Source of the DNA: Mantamonas sphyraenae STR306
Lineage: Eukaryota; Protista; CRuMs
Length of the DNA stretch: 64,000 bases
Assembly: GCA_026936335.1 (NCBI GenBank)
Contig: JAPMXV010000049.1
Coordinates: forward strand, 186,001 to 250,000
Direction: 5' to 3'
The notes beneath the pieces were generated by a model, which worked only from the letters and a program-made list of their open reading frames with translations, was not told where the DNA came from and made no database searches. A program made the position numbers and the translations under genes. Below are positions 1 through 11,113 of this stretch, piece after piece (within the stretch, counting starts at the first letter, position 1; every line of letters begins with the position of its first letter).

Positions 1-1166
1 CCAGGGAGCTGTCCCAGTCGTTGGTAGCCTCGTCAAAGAGCTTGCGGTTGTTGGCAAGTGCGTTCCAAACACTGCGGTTGAACGCGTATCCGGTGTTCAT
101 GAAGCCTCCAAAGGTAATAAAATCGCCCACGGCGTTCTTGGTGCTGCTTTCATAGCTGCCCAGGGCTACAGTGCTCGCATCCTGCACTTTGCCTGTGTTC
201 TTCATCACCACCAGCTTTTGCAGCGTCCGATAGAAATCCGGCGAAACTTGATGATCTTCCTCAATGAAGCACACGTCGCCTGTGTATTCCGGCAGCAGCT
301 GTGTCCATACAAACTCCTGGATCCATATCCAGTGGGACTTGAGCGCGATCGGCGACGCGTGGCTCACCGGGGACTTGGGGTGGATGATCTGCTTGACCTG
401 CGACACCATATGTACATCGATGCGTCAGTGGTACACTTGGACGGACTGTGTCACGCGTGCAGCACGCCTCGTATCCTCTCGGCGAGACACACGCGCGTGA
501 CAAAACGCGCTGGACCTGGCGCGCATGAGAGGGAGCTCTGTTGCCGCCTCCACAGCGGGACACGCAGGGCAGCGACACGCCCGCAAAGCAAAGAAAGGGG
601 AAGAGAACACGGGAGCAACCTACTTGGCAAAAGTCCACCGAGTCAACGAGCTTGAACATGCGCTCAGTGACCTTGTCGTGGGAAACAACGAGGATGGTTT
701 CGTCGATGCCGGTGACGTTGCGCAGCGAGTCGAGCACCTGTTCAAAGTAGTGAGGACGGTCGTACACATAAATGACAATTGGAATTGTGGGGAAGGCACT
801 GTTTGTGCGCTTGCGCGCCTGCTGCAACGTGACTTTGTCCTGATCCTTTGCAGCTCCGTTCAGATCGAACCCCATGAGCTGCAGCTTGGGAAACAGGTCC
901 ACGTTGCGGATGCGGCTATTCGTGTTGTATAACCGTTCCACCTCATACAAAGTGTGCTCCACCCGTGTGCGCAGTCCCTCATAGAATGGCCGCCGCGGAT
1001 CATGGTGCGTAACGCGATGCAGAACGAGCACGTTCATCAGAGAGTATGCGAGAGCCAACACCAGCACGGTGCCCACGCCCACTCCCCAATGGCTTGACCT
1101 GCTCAGTCTGAGCCGCATTTGCCGATGTGCTGGGGTGGCCCGCGCACGGCGATGGGTGCAACTCAT
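1..1166 (-). CDS. MGAT2: alpha-1,6-mannosylglycoprotein N-acetylglucosaminyltransferase II (GT16)-like; 3' end outside window; intron 398-623
   Basis: N-terminal TM anchor; motifs IVIYVYDRPHYFEQVLDSL..GIDETILVVSHD..VDFCQV; after a GTAGGT..CAG intron the frame continues VKQIIHP..FIEEDH..NTGYAFNR..NDWDSSL, collinear with MGAT2. Start is ATG 1166 or 1118. Confidence 0.75.
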
Positions 1167-2419
1167 TCCTCACACACAGCAGCAGACCGTGCCATAACCC
1201 ACCCTACCCCTCCCCACTCATCCCCACCATCGCCTACCCTTCTCCACCTCCCTCGTCTTCAACTCAACGCACACTCCACTGCCACAGAACGCCCCTTCCC
1301 CTTCACCATCATCCCTCTCTCACCCCATCAAACCATTCCATGTGCAAAGTTCCTGCAGTCGGTGTCTCCATTGCTTTTCGTTCACCTCTCTGCCTCCTTC
1401 TCAGCGGCTCTCCACAAGCTCATCCAGTGCACAGGGACCAAGTCGTCGGTAGGTCTCACTGCGAGGCTGCGGTCCGTTGCCTACAGAGCCCTTTCCCTTG
1501 TGGGCTCTGCTCCAGCAAACGTCCTCATCGCACCTCTCGATCCCCACCTGCGTCGTCTCCAAAAATGGACACCACGGGATTCCCTCTGCACTGTCTGTCT
1601 CTTGTTTTGTCTCCGCTGCTTCTTCTTCCTTCTCTTTCTCTGTACAAATCGCCTCTGTTGTTGTTGCTTGGTTGCTTTGTTCTCAGCCCACTCGTTCCGT
1701 ATCGGTGCGTCGTTCTCATGCCCAGTCCGTGAGGCGGCTTCGGGCCAGCCAAAGTCCAAGTCCGTCGAGCCACTCGCTGCGAGTGCAACACTCAAGCGTC
1801 GTGCAAGTTCCTTCAGAGCTTCCGCTTGCAAAGGTGCTCATCTGAACACACACACACACACACACGTCCATATCAAGCGTGTCCCACAGGTAGACCGTGT
1901 TCCAGTGGACTGCCATGTGTGCCTCGGCAAACAGGCTCAGGCTGCGTGCGTCTGCATGCAAGGTCCCATCCAGAAGTGGATCTCCCTGCCTGGTGGCTAA
2001 AAAGCACAACCCTGCTGGTCTCATCCAACTCCCAAAGTGACCTTCCTTGCCTCCGCCCGCATTCCCCTGTCCTGCTGCCTTGACACACTCGGCCTGTCCC
2101 TGTTCCCACTTGCCCTTCCATGTGTGTCTTTGCCTGGTTCCGTGTGTGTGTGTGTGTGCCTTGTCCACATGATGCTCCTTGCGCTTCAGCTCCTCTTGTC
2201 TCCTGCACATCCGCCCTCTGCGTCTTGCATCTCGCTGCTCTCGTGTCTCTCCCGTCCTTGTCCTTGCCTGTCCATCTCTTAATATGCCTCAGAACTCGCC
2301 AAACAACGCTCCCGGAACAGTCTTGCACATCGCTGCGCCCTTCGCTTTGCGCTCACGACTCCCGTTTGCTTCCCCACAGGGTCACAAGCGCACCCCAGCT
2401 GTCCGTGCTTGCTTCTTCT

Positions 2420-3022
2420 TCAAAGCAGCACGCACTTCTTCGTGCTCTTGCCCTTGCTCTTCGACTTGATGTTCCGTGCCTCAAACGCCGTCTTGATGCA
2501 CGTCTGGAACAGCTCCGTCACGTTCTTCCCAGTCAGCGACGACGTCTCAACGTACGCCGCGCCTCCCAGCTTTGCGCACAGCTTCTCCGCCTCCTCCGTC
2601 TTTACGTGTGTCTTCACGCTCAGCGAGTTGTCTCGGCGCAGGTCAACCTTGGTGCCCACAAGCACAAACGGCGTGTCCGGGCAGTAGTGCTGGATCTCAG
2701 GGTACCACTTGCTCGTCACGTTTTCGAACGAAGCACGCGATGTCACAGAGAACGTCACCAGGAACACGTCCGTCAGCGGGTACGACAGCGGCCGCAGCCG
2801 GTCGTAGTCCTCCTGCCCGGCCGTGTCCCAAAGCGACAGCTGCACCACACGTCCGTCCACCATCACGTTGGCACTGTAGTTGTCAAAGATCGTCGGCACA
2901 TGGTCGTCCTCAAACTTGTTTGTCGTGTAGCTGATCAGCAGCGAGGTCTTGCCTGCTCCGCCGTCGCCCACGGTGCACAGCTTCAGGCTGACCGGTGTAG
3001 ATGAGTAGCTCTTCGAGTCCAT
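2420..3022 (-). CDS. Rho/Rac-family small GTPase, copy 1
   Basis: GDGGAGKTS, PTIFDNY, WDTAGQEDYDRLRPLSYP, GTKVDLR, polybasic tail, CVLL CaaX; intronless 200 aa. Confidence 0.95.
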   Translation of the reverse strand: MDSKSYSSTPVSLKLCTVGDGGAGKTSLLISYTTNKFEDDHVPTIFDNYSANVMVDGRVVQLSLWDTAGQEDYDRLRPLSYPLTDVFLVTFSVTSRASFENVTSKWYPEIQHYCPDTPFVLVGTKVDLRRDNSLSVKTHVKTEEAEKLCAKLGGAAYVETSSLTGKNVTELFQTCIKTAFEARNIKSKSKGKSTKKCVLL

Positions 3023-3719
3023 GGTTGAATTCTTGTTGGTCCTTGTTGGGGTAGGTTAGGTTTGGCAATCGTAAAAACGATGCTAGGGAAATTTCAGGGG
3101 TTTTGGTTTGGTTGACGGACGCAAAGGATGGCGTTTTGCTTTTGTAGTGGGCCGCTTCGGAATTCCGCGCGAATTCCACACTCTCCTTCTCCGCCCGATT
3201 GACACTGTGCGTACCTTGGAGTGGATGTTCACGTCTTGGTGCGTCTCATGTGTGTGTGGGCCGTGCTCTTGGGTGCCCCCTGTGCTCTGGAGATGTGCAT
3301 GCCGTGCGTACACGCTACTTTGCCAAAGTTGCGCCTCCTCCGCTGCACTCCACACCACACCACCCACACACTCACACACATTCTCCCGTCCGCATACCTC
3401 CCACAGTCACCCCAGTGCGCTTTCCCCGCTCCCAAACGTCCCCCGTGTCTCCAGACGCGTCGTCGCTTCCACCCCCCTCTTCGAATTCCCCGTCATCCAA
3501 TCCAATCCACCCCCCTCACCATGCTCAAAAGCGAGTGAGGTCCACTTGCACCCCCATCACCAACTCAACACAACACAACACAACTTCACAAGACCACTTG
3601 TGCAATCGTATTCTGTGACCCGCCGGCCAACAACACTCATCCGCGTAACACAGAACCTACATCCAAAACCAACCAACCAACCAACCACCCAACCAACTAC
3701 AACCCATCAACCCATCAAC

Positions 3720-4280
3720 ATGGAGACCAAGATTTGCATGCTCGGAGGAGGAGGTGTGGGCAAGAGTGCCCTCACGGTGATGTTCTGCCACGCCCACTTT
3801 GTCGAGGTGTGGGATGCCACCATCGAAGACGCCTATCGCCGCCAGGTGACCATCGACGACTGCAGCCACATGCTGGAGATCCTGGACACTGCAGGACAGG
3901 AGGAGTACGCGTGCATGCGACCTGGCTACATCCGCAGCAACGACGGCTTTGTGCTGGTGTTTGACGTGACCAGCCGCTCCTCGTTTGACGAGGTGTGTGC
4001 TCTGCGCGAGGAGATCCTGCGCGTGAAGGACAAAGACAGTGTGCCCATGGTGCTGGTGGGCAACAAGTGCGATCTGCCGCGACGCGATGTCAGCGAGAGC
4101 GAAGGCATGGAACTGGCCAAATCGTTTGGCTGTGCCTACATCGAAGCCAGCGCCAAGGAGTGCAAGAATGTCGACGAAGTGTACTACGAGTGTGTGCGTG
4201 AGATCCAGAAGGCAGAGATGGCACACAAGGCACCCATTGGCGGAGGCAAGAAGAAGCAGAAGAAGTGTCTGCTACTTTGA
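3720..4280 (+). CDS. Ras-family small GTPase, copy 1
   Basis: GGGGVGKSALT, DATIEDAY, ILDTAGQEEY, GNKCDL, EASAK, KKKQKKCLLL CaaX; ATG at 3720 gives 186 aa. Confidence 0.95.
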   Translation: METKICMLGGGGVGKSALTVMFCHAHFVEVWDATIEDAYRRQVTIDDCSHMLEILDTAGQEEYACMRPGYIRSNDGFVLVFDVTSRSSFDEVCALREEILRVKDKDSVPMVLVGNKCDLPRRDVSESEGMELAKSFGCAYIEASAKECKNVDEVYYECVREIQKAEMAHKAPIGGGKKKQKKCLLL

Positions 4281-5736
4281 ACGAGGCCGTCTGAGGGCAC
4301 AACCACACAAGGGAGGACACGAGAGGACAGGAGACGGATGGAGAAAGAGAGATGAGCAACTCGTTCCTGGGGAACACACATGGTACGAGAGAGAAGAGCT
4401 CAGGAGCGACGACAATGTACAGCGTAACTTATGCACACCAACCAGGGACGTTGTGGAGCGGTGATATGCAACGGAAGGGCACACACAGTCCACGCCTTCG
4501 TACCATGAGTCTTTCCCCAGCCACCCTACCCCTCCCCACTCATCCCCACCCTACCCCTACCCTTCTCCCCCTCCCTCGTCTTCAACTCAACGCACACTCC
4601 ACTGCCACAGAACGCCCCTTCCCCTTCACCATCATCCCTCTCTCACCCCATCAAACCATTCCATGTGCAAAGTTCCTGCAGTCGGTGTCTCCATTGCTTT
4701 TCGTTCACCTCTCTGCCTCCTTCTCAGCGGCTCTCCACAAGCTCATCCAGTGCACAGGGACCAAGTCGTCGGTAGGTCTCACTGCGAGGCTGCGGTCCGT
4801 TGCCTACAGAGCCCTTTCCCTTGTGGGCTCTGCTCCAGCAAACGTCCTCATCGCACCTCTCGATCCCCACCTGCGTCGTCTCCAAAAATGGACACCACGG
4901 GATTCCCTCTGCACTGTCTGTCTCTTGTTTTGTCTCCGCTGCTTCTTCTCTTTCTCTGTACAAATCGCCTCTGTTGTTGTTGCTTGGTTGCTTTGTTCTC
5001 AGCACACTCGTTCCGTATCGGTGCGTCGTTCTCATGCCCAGTCCGTGAGGCGGCTTCGGGCCAGCCAAAGTCCAAGTCCGTCGAGCCACTCGCTGCGAGT
5101 GCAACACTCAAGCGTCGTGCAAGTTCCTTCAGAGCTTCCGCTTGCAAAGGTGCTCATCTGAACACACACGACACACACACACGTCCATATCAAGCGTGTC
5201 CCACAGGTAGACCGTGTTCCAGTGGACTGCCATGTGTGCCTCGGCAAACAGGCTCAGGCTGCGTGCGTCTGCATGCAAGGTCCCATCCAGAAGTGGATCT
5301 CCCTGCCTGGTGGCTAAAAAGCACAACCCTGCTGGTCTCATCCAACTCCCAAAGTGACCTTCCTTGCCTCCGCCCACATTCCCCTGTCCTGCTGCCTTGA
5401 CACACTCGGCCTGTCCCTGTTCCCACTTGCCCTGCCATGTGTGTCTTTGCCTGGTTCCGTGTGTGTGTGTGTGTGCCTTGTCCACATGATGCTCCTTGCG
5501 CTTCAGCTCCTCTTGTCTCCTGCACATCCGCCCTCTGCGGCTTGCATCTCGCTGCTCTCGTGTCTCTCCCTTCCTTGTCCTTGCCTGTCCATCTCTTAAT
5601 ATGCCTCAGAACTCGCCAAACAACGCTCCCGGAACAGTCTTGCACATCGCTGCGCCCTTCGCTTTGCGCTCACGACTCCCGTTTGCTTCCCCACAGGGTC
5701 ACAAGCGCACCCCAGCTGTCCGTGCTTGCTTCTTCT

Positions 5737-6339
5737 TCAAAGCAGCACGCACTTCTTTGTGCTCTTGCCCTTGCTCTTCGACTTGATGTTCCGTGCCTCA
5801 AACGCCGTCTTGATGCACGTCTGGAACAGCTCCGTCACGTTCTTCCCAGTCAGCGACGACGTCTCAACGTACGCCGCGCCTCCCAGCTTTGCGCACAGCT
5901 TCTCCGCCTCTTCCGTCTTTACGTGTGTCTTCACGCTCAGCGAGTTGTCTCGGCGCAGGTCAACCTTGGTGCCCACAAGCACAAACGGCGTGTCCGGGCA
6001 GTAGTGCTGGATCTCAGGGTACCACTTGCTTGTCACGTTTTCGAACGAGGCACGCGATGTCACAGAGAACGTCACCAGGAACACATCCGTCAGCGGGTAC
6101 GACAGCGGCCGCAGCCGGTCGTAGTCCTCCTGCCCGGCCGTGTCCCAAAGCGACAGCTGCACCACACGTCCGTCCACCATCACGTTGGCACTGTAGTTGT
6201 CAAAGATCGTCGGCACATGGTCGTCCTCAAACTTGTTTGTCGTGTAGCTGATCAGCAGCGAGGTCTTGCCTGCTCCGCCGTCGCCCACGGTGCACAGCTT
6301 CAGGCTGACCGGTGTAGATGAGTAGTTCTTCGAGTCCAT
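5737..6339 (-). CDS. Rho/Rac-family small GTPase, copy 2
   Basis: Same protein as 2420-3022 except S5N. Confidence 0.95.
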   Translation of the reverse strand: MDSKNYSSTPVSLKLCTVGDGGAGKTSLLISYTTNKFEDDHVPTIFDNYSANVMVDGRVVQLSLWDTAGQEDYDRLRPLSYPLTDVFLVTFSVTSRASFENVTSKWYPEIQHYCPDTPFVLVGTKVDLRRDNSLSVKTHVKTEEAEKLCAKLGGAAYVETSSLTGKNVTELFQTCIKTAFEARNIKSKSKGKSTKKCVLL

Positions 6340-6971
6340 GGTTGAATTCTTGTTGGTCCTTGTTGGGGTTGGCAATCGTAAAAACGATGCTAGGGAAATC
6401 AGGGGTTTTGGTTTGGTTGGCGGACGCAAAGGATGGCGTTTTGCTTTTGTAGTGGGCCGCTTCGGAATTCCGCGCGAATTCCACACTCTCCTTCTCCGCC
6501 CGATTGACACTGTGCGTACCTTGGAGTGGATGTTCACGTCTTGGTGCGTCTCATGTGTGTGTGGGTCGTGCTCTTGGATGCCCCCTGTGCTCTGGAGATG
6601 TGCATGCCGTGCGTACACGCTACTTTGCCAAAGTTGCGCCTCCTCCGCTGCACTCCACACCACACCACCCACACACTCACACACATTCTCCCGTCCGCAT
6701 ACCTCCCGCAGTCACCCCAGTGCGCTTTCCCCGCTCCCAAACGTCCCCCGTGTCTCCAGACGCGTCGTCGCTTCCACCCCCCTCTTCGAATTCCCCGTCA
6801 TCCAATCCAATCCACCCCCCTCACCATGCTCAAAAGCGAGTGAGGTCCACTTGCACCCCCATCACCAACTCAACACAACACAACACAACTTCACAAGACC
6901 ACTTGTGCAATCGTATTCTGTAACCCGCCGGCCAACAACACTCATCCGCGTAACACAGAACCTACATCCAA

Positions 6972-7002
<31 letters not shown>

Positions 7003-7024
7003 TACAACCCATCAACCCATCAAC

Positions 7025-7585
7025 ATGGAGACCAAGATTTGCATGCTCGGAGGAGGAGGTGTGGGCAAGAGTGCCCTCACGGTGATGTTCTGCCACGCCC
7101 ACTTTGTCGAGGTGTGGGATGCCACCATCGAAGACGCCTATCGCCGCCAGGTGACCATCGACGACTGCAGCCACATGCTGGAGATCCTGGACACTGCAGG
7201 ACAGGAGGAGTACGCGTGCATGCGACCTGGCTACATTCGCAGCAACGACGGCTTTGTGCTGGTGTTTGACGTGACCAGCCGCTCCTCGTTTGACGAGGTG
7301 TGTGCTCTGCGCGAGGAGATCCTGCGCGTGAAGGACAAAGACAGTGTGCCCATGGTGCTGGTGGGCAACAAGTGCGATCTGCCGCGACGTGATGTCAGCG
7401 AGAGCGAAGGCATGGAACTGGCCAAATCGTTTGGCTGTGCCTACATCGAAGCCAGCGCCAAGGAGTGCAAGAATGTCGACGAAGTGTACTACGAGTGTGT
7501 GCGTGAGATCCAGAAGGCAGAGATGGCACACAAGGCACCCATTGGCGGAGGCAAGAAGAAGCAGAAGAAGTGTCTGCTGCTTTGA
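7025..7585 (+). CDS. Ras-family small GTPase, copy 2
   Basis: Protein identical to 3720-4280; a few synonymous differences. Confidence 0.95.
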   Translation: METKICMLGGGGVGKSALTVMFCHAHFVEVWDATIEDAYRRQVTIDDCSHMLEILDTAGQEEYACMRPGYIRSNDGFVLVFDVTSRSSFDEVCALREEILRVKDKDSVPMVLVGNKCDLPRRDVSESEGMELAKSFGCAYIEASAKECKNVDEVYYECVREIQKAEMAHKAPIGGGKKKQKKCLLL

Positions 7586-7881
7586 ACGAGGCCGTCTGAG
7601 GGCACAACCACACAAGGGAGGACACGAGAGGACAGGAGACGGATGGAGAAAGAGAGATGGAGCACCTCGTTCCTGGGGAACACACATGGGACGAGAGAGA
7701 AGAGCTCAGGAGCGACGACAATGTACAGCGTAACTTATGCACACCAACCAGGGACGTTGTGGAGCGGTGATATGCCACACACGGAAACGAGGTCCATGAT
7801 CGTGCAGCGTGTCGGTGCCCAGTGGCTGTCCAATGGCACCGGCCAGAAGATGGCTGCGCGGCCTCTGCCAAACAAAATCCA

Positions 7882-10800
7882 ATGTCTTGGGAGGACGACG
7901 CGGACGACCTGTTGGACCTGCTTGGCAGTGATAGCCTGGATGAACCGGCCTATCGGTCGCTGACTGGAAGCAGGATGCACTCGGGTGGCCAGAAGGCCAA
8001 GCCGAGCCGCCTGTCCCCGCTGACGTCTGCAAATGGCTCGCGTGCGAGTCACCGCAGCACAAAGCAGGGCAATGCCTCGCAGCAGACACATCGGACGTCC
8101 AACGTGGGCAGCAGCAGCACAGGACGGACAAGAGCGTCCTTGTCGCCGCACGCCCTGCTGCTTCCCATTTCCGGCTCAGCAAGTACCAATGTACCCGAGC
8201 ACAATACACTTGGTGGCGCACGGGTGGACTATGCCTCTTCGTCTCCCTCGTTGTGCTCCGACGACGATTCCGAAGAAGACGCCGAAGCGGATAACTCGAC
8301 GCAGCAGACGATCCCACCTCTTTCTTTATCCGGTGGTGCTGCCAAGACAGGGAGCAACACAAACTCTACAACCTCGTCAAGGCGCTCACGCAGTGGAAGC
8401 ACAGGCTCCTCCTCGCGCCAGCGATCGTCGACATTTCATTTCCACCCGCGAAAGGCGGATAAGGCGAGGGCACAGTCCGGCAAAATGATGGCCGCAAACA
8501 CACCAAGCAGCGCCGCAACGCCCGGCGTGTTCTCCTCATCCTTCACCTCCCTCACAAATCCCAATCGTGCGCATTACCCTCTACAGTCGGGGAACGGCCA
8601 CACGGGGCCAGCCGCAAACTATGCTGGCACGCGCAGGCGGTGGAAGAGTGCCAGCGAGGATGTGTTTGCAGCCGCACTGGCCGCAACCAAGAAGGGCAGC
8701 CCCAAAATGCACAGCAAACACTCGAGCGAGTTGATTCGCAAACACAGCGGTGGTCTGGACACCGATGCTCTCAGTGCACACGACTCTGTGGCAGGCGGGG
8801 TGTCGCCGCGTAATCCGAGGCCGTCCCATGCTGCCCAGGATCGTGTGCAGGCGCTGCAGCTGGGCAACCTACTTACTCCGGCTGGCAGTGTCGGTGAGGG
8901 ATATGAAAACGACGACGAGCTCAGTGACAGCGACGAACCGCGGGTGTCCGCGAGCTCCAATTCGTCGCGGCCCAGCGGACTTATCCACGCCTCCAAGTCG
9001 CCTCGAAAGCGTGCCCAGGCCTCTTCGTCCGCTCGCGCCGCCTTGTACAGCACCTCCCCCTCCACATCCACCCACGGCAAGCCATTCAGCATCGACCCTC
9101 GCTCTGCACGGGGTAGCCTTCCGCTCTCGTTGTCCACCGCCTCCTCCACACACTCGTACGCCACCTCGTCGGCCACATCCTCGGGTCCAGCCACCCCCAT
9201 CCGTGTTGCTGGTGACTATTCCGACGGTGACGAGTCGAACAGTGACGACGGGTACGTTTCTGTGGCGCTTCCGCGAAACCAAGCGGCCGTTATCGAGGTG
9301 CCTTCTGGTCGAAACTGACACGCAGCCCACCACGCACACACTCACAAACACCGGCGTCATGCCACTCACACAGAAATGTGCACTCGGACAACGAGCTGCT
9401 TCAGCCGTCGCACTCGCTGCTGAGCGGCGCAGGCTCGTCAGTGAACGAGGATTCCTCGGACGACTTTTCCGACGACGAGTGGAAAGAAAACAACTTTACA
9501 GAGACTGTGTACTACTACGACGCATCGCGAGACGACACCTCATCGGAGGCAGAGAACATTCGGTTCCACCAGCAGTGCCTGGAGGACGACGACTGTTCGG
9601 AAAGCGAGGAGCTGCTGGACTACGAAGACTCGATGTTCCGCAGCATGCACCCAGCAAGTCGCACGTCTGCAGCGGTCGACTTGATGGCGTCGCACACGTA
9701 CTACGGTCACCACAGTACGCCCAGCAGCAACGAGTACGACGGCACAGGGGCACCGGCGCATCACGCAAGCAGCCCTGCGCCGCTCGGTTCGCCCAAACTT
9801 GCTCATCAGCTTGCCTCCACCACAGGAATGGCTATGGCCATGCCCATGTCCATGAGTGGTGCAGGTGGACACGGTCATCTCGTGCGCAAGGTCGTGCGTC
9901 AGCCACTGTCGCTCCTCGACCTGTGCGTGCGCGCAGTGGCACGAAACATGCCTCGCGCCTGCTCCACCTTTGATTTCGAACATGTGCCTCTGGAGCTGCA
10001 GATCAAGGTTTTGGAACGCCTGACGCTGTACCGCAAGGGTCTGTGGAACGTGGTGGCCGACGACTTTCTCTGCAGCGTTCTCCAGGCCGCCTTTGTCGAC
10101 GAGTTCAAAATGGACATCATGTGGCAAGACAATGTGACAGACACAACGGTGGGCAACATGAACCGTCTGTGCCCCAATCTGGAGCAGGTGCAGATCTCGG
10201 GCTCGAAGCTGCGTCGACCGGTGCTCCGCTTTGAGTATCTGCGCGAGTTTCGGCTTCAGGGATGCCACTCCATCCACACACTTCGCCTGTACGCACCACA
10301 CCTGGTCAAGCTGGACATTGTGTACTGTTCGCAGCTGCGCGATGTGCAGTTTGTGGACGAGAACGGCGACGGAGTGGACACGCACGGCGAGCTGGAGCAG
10401 CTGGAGCTGAGCAACATCGACGACAGTGCTCTGTGTCGCCTGCTCAAGGGACTGCCCGAGTTGAAGTCCCTCCGTGTGCGGCAGTGTCCAGTGAGCAGAG
10501 ACACACTGGCCGTCCTGGCCGACAGCTCGCCGCAAATCAACCAGCTCGCTGTCCACAACGCCAGCGAGGTCACCGACGAGGCTGTGCGCCTTTTGGTGGG
10601 CAAGTGCACTTACATCACTACGCTGGAGCTAGGCGACAAGAACGACGCCTCACACCAACTCTGTGTCACCGACGAAGGGCTGGCAACCCTTGGCCGTGAG
10701 TGCACATTCCTCACCAAACTCGCTCTCTTTGGCGGTGTCCACATCACCAACCAGGGCATTGCTGACCTGCTCGGCCATCGCGGTGACTCCCTGCAATTCC

Positions 10801-10976
10801 TTCACCTTGCCGGCTGTCCTCTGAACGACCAAGTCCTGCAAACGTTTACCGAGCAGGGTCCCAACCTGTCTGAGCTGTGGCTTTTCGGCTGTGGCGACAT
10901 TTCACAGCAGGCAAACCTTCTGCGCCGTGCCAACCCCAAGTTGTATGTCTCCTGGCGCAAGCGCTGGCGATCGTGA
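7882..10976 (+). CDS. LRR (AMN1/FBXL-type) protein with long Ser-rich disordered N-terminus and BC-box-like motif; intron 9252-9373
   Basis: GTACGT..CACAG intron joins ORFs 7822-9318 and 9378-10976 in frame; PLSLLDLCVRAVA followed by Cys-containing LRRs (VTDEGLATLGREC, ITNQGI, LQFLHLAGC). Confidence 0.7.
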
Positions 10977-11113
10977 GTTTTGTGTGGACAGCACGGGACA
11001 GGACAAGGAATGGACGTGTGGGCGAACGATTGTTCCTGTTCTCAATTTGTGTCTGTGTCTGTGTGTGTGCGGTGTGCCTCCCTCCCTCTCTGCATTGGAT
11101 TCCCCAGTGGACG

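Larger units (their letters stand above)
1199..4470. repeat. Tandem segmental duplication, copy 1 (~3.3 kb; Rho+Ras cassette)
   Basis: Near-identical to 4521-7775 with scattered SNPs and small indels; ~50 bp unique spacer 4471-4520. Confidence 0.95.
4521..7775. repeat. Tandem segmental duplication, copy 2
   Basis: Direct repeat of 1199-4470. Confidence 0.95.

Noticed and set aside
1119-2328. Several 100-290 aa ORFs in the first 1.2 kb of the tandem repeat (possible third gene)
   Set aside because: No recognisable motifs, and the two copies differ by frame-breaking indels (e.g. 7 nt near 1625); treated as UTR/intergenic or decayed sequence.
3048-3064. Telomere-like ggttagg sequence
   Set aside because: Only about two degenerate units and absent from the second copy.
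3108-3719. Long N-terminal extensions of the Ras ORFs (and of Rho copy 2)
   Set aside because: Not consistent between copies and low-complexity; the canonical starts are at 3720/7025 and 3022/6339.
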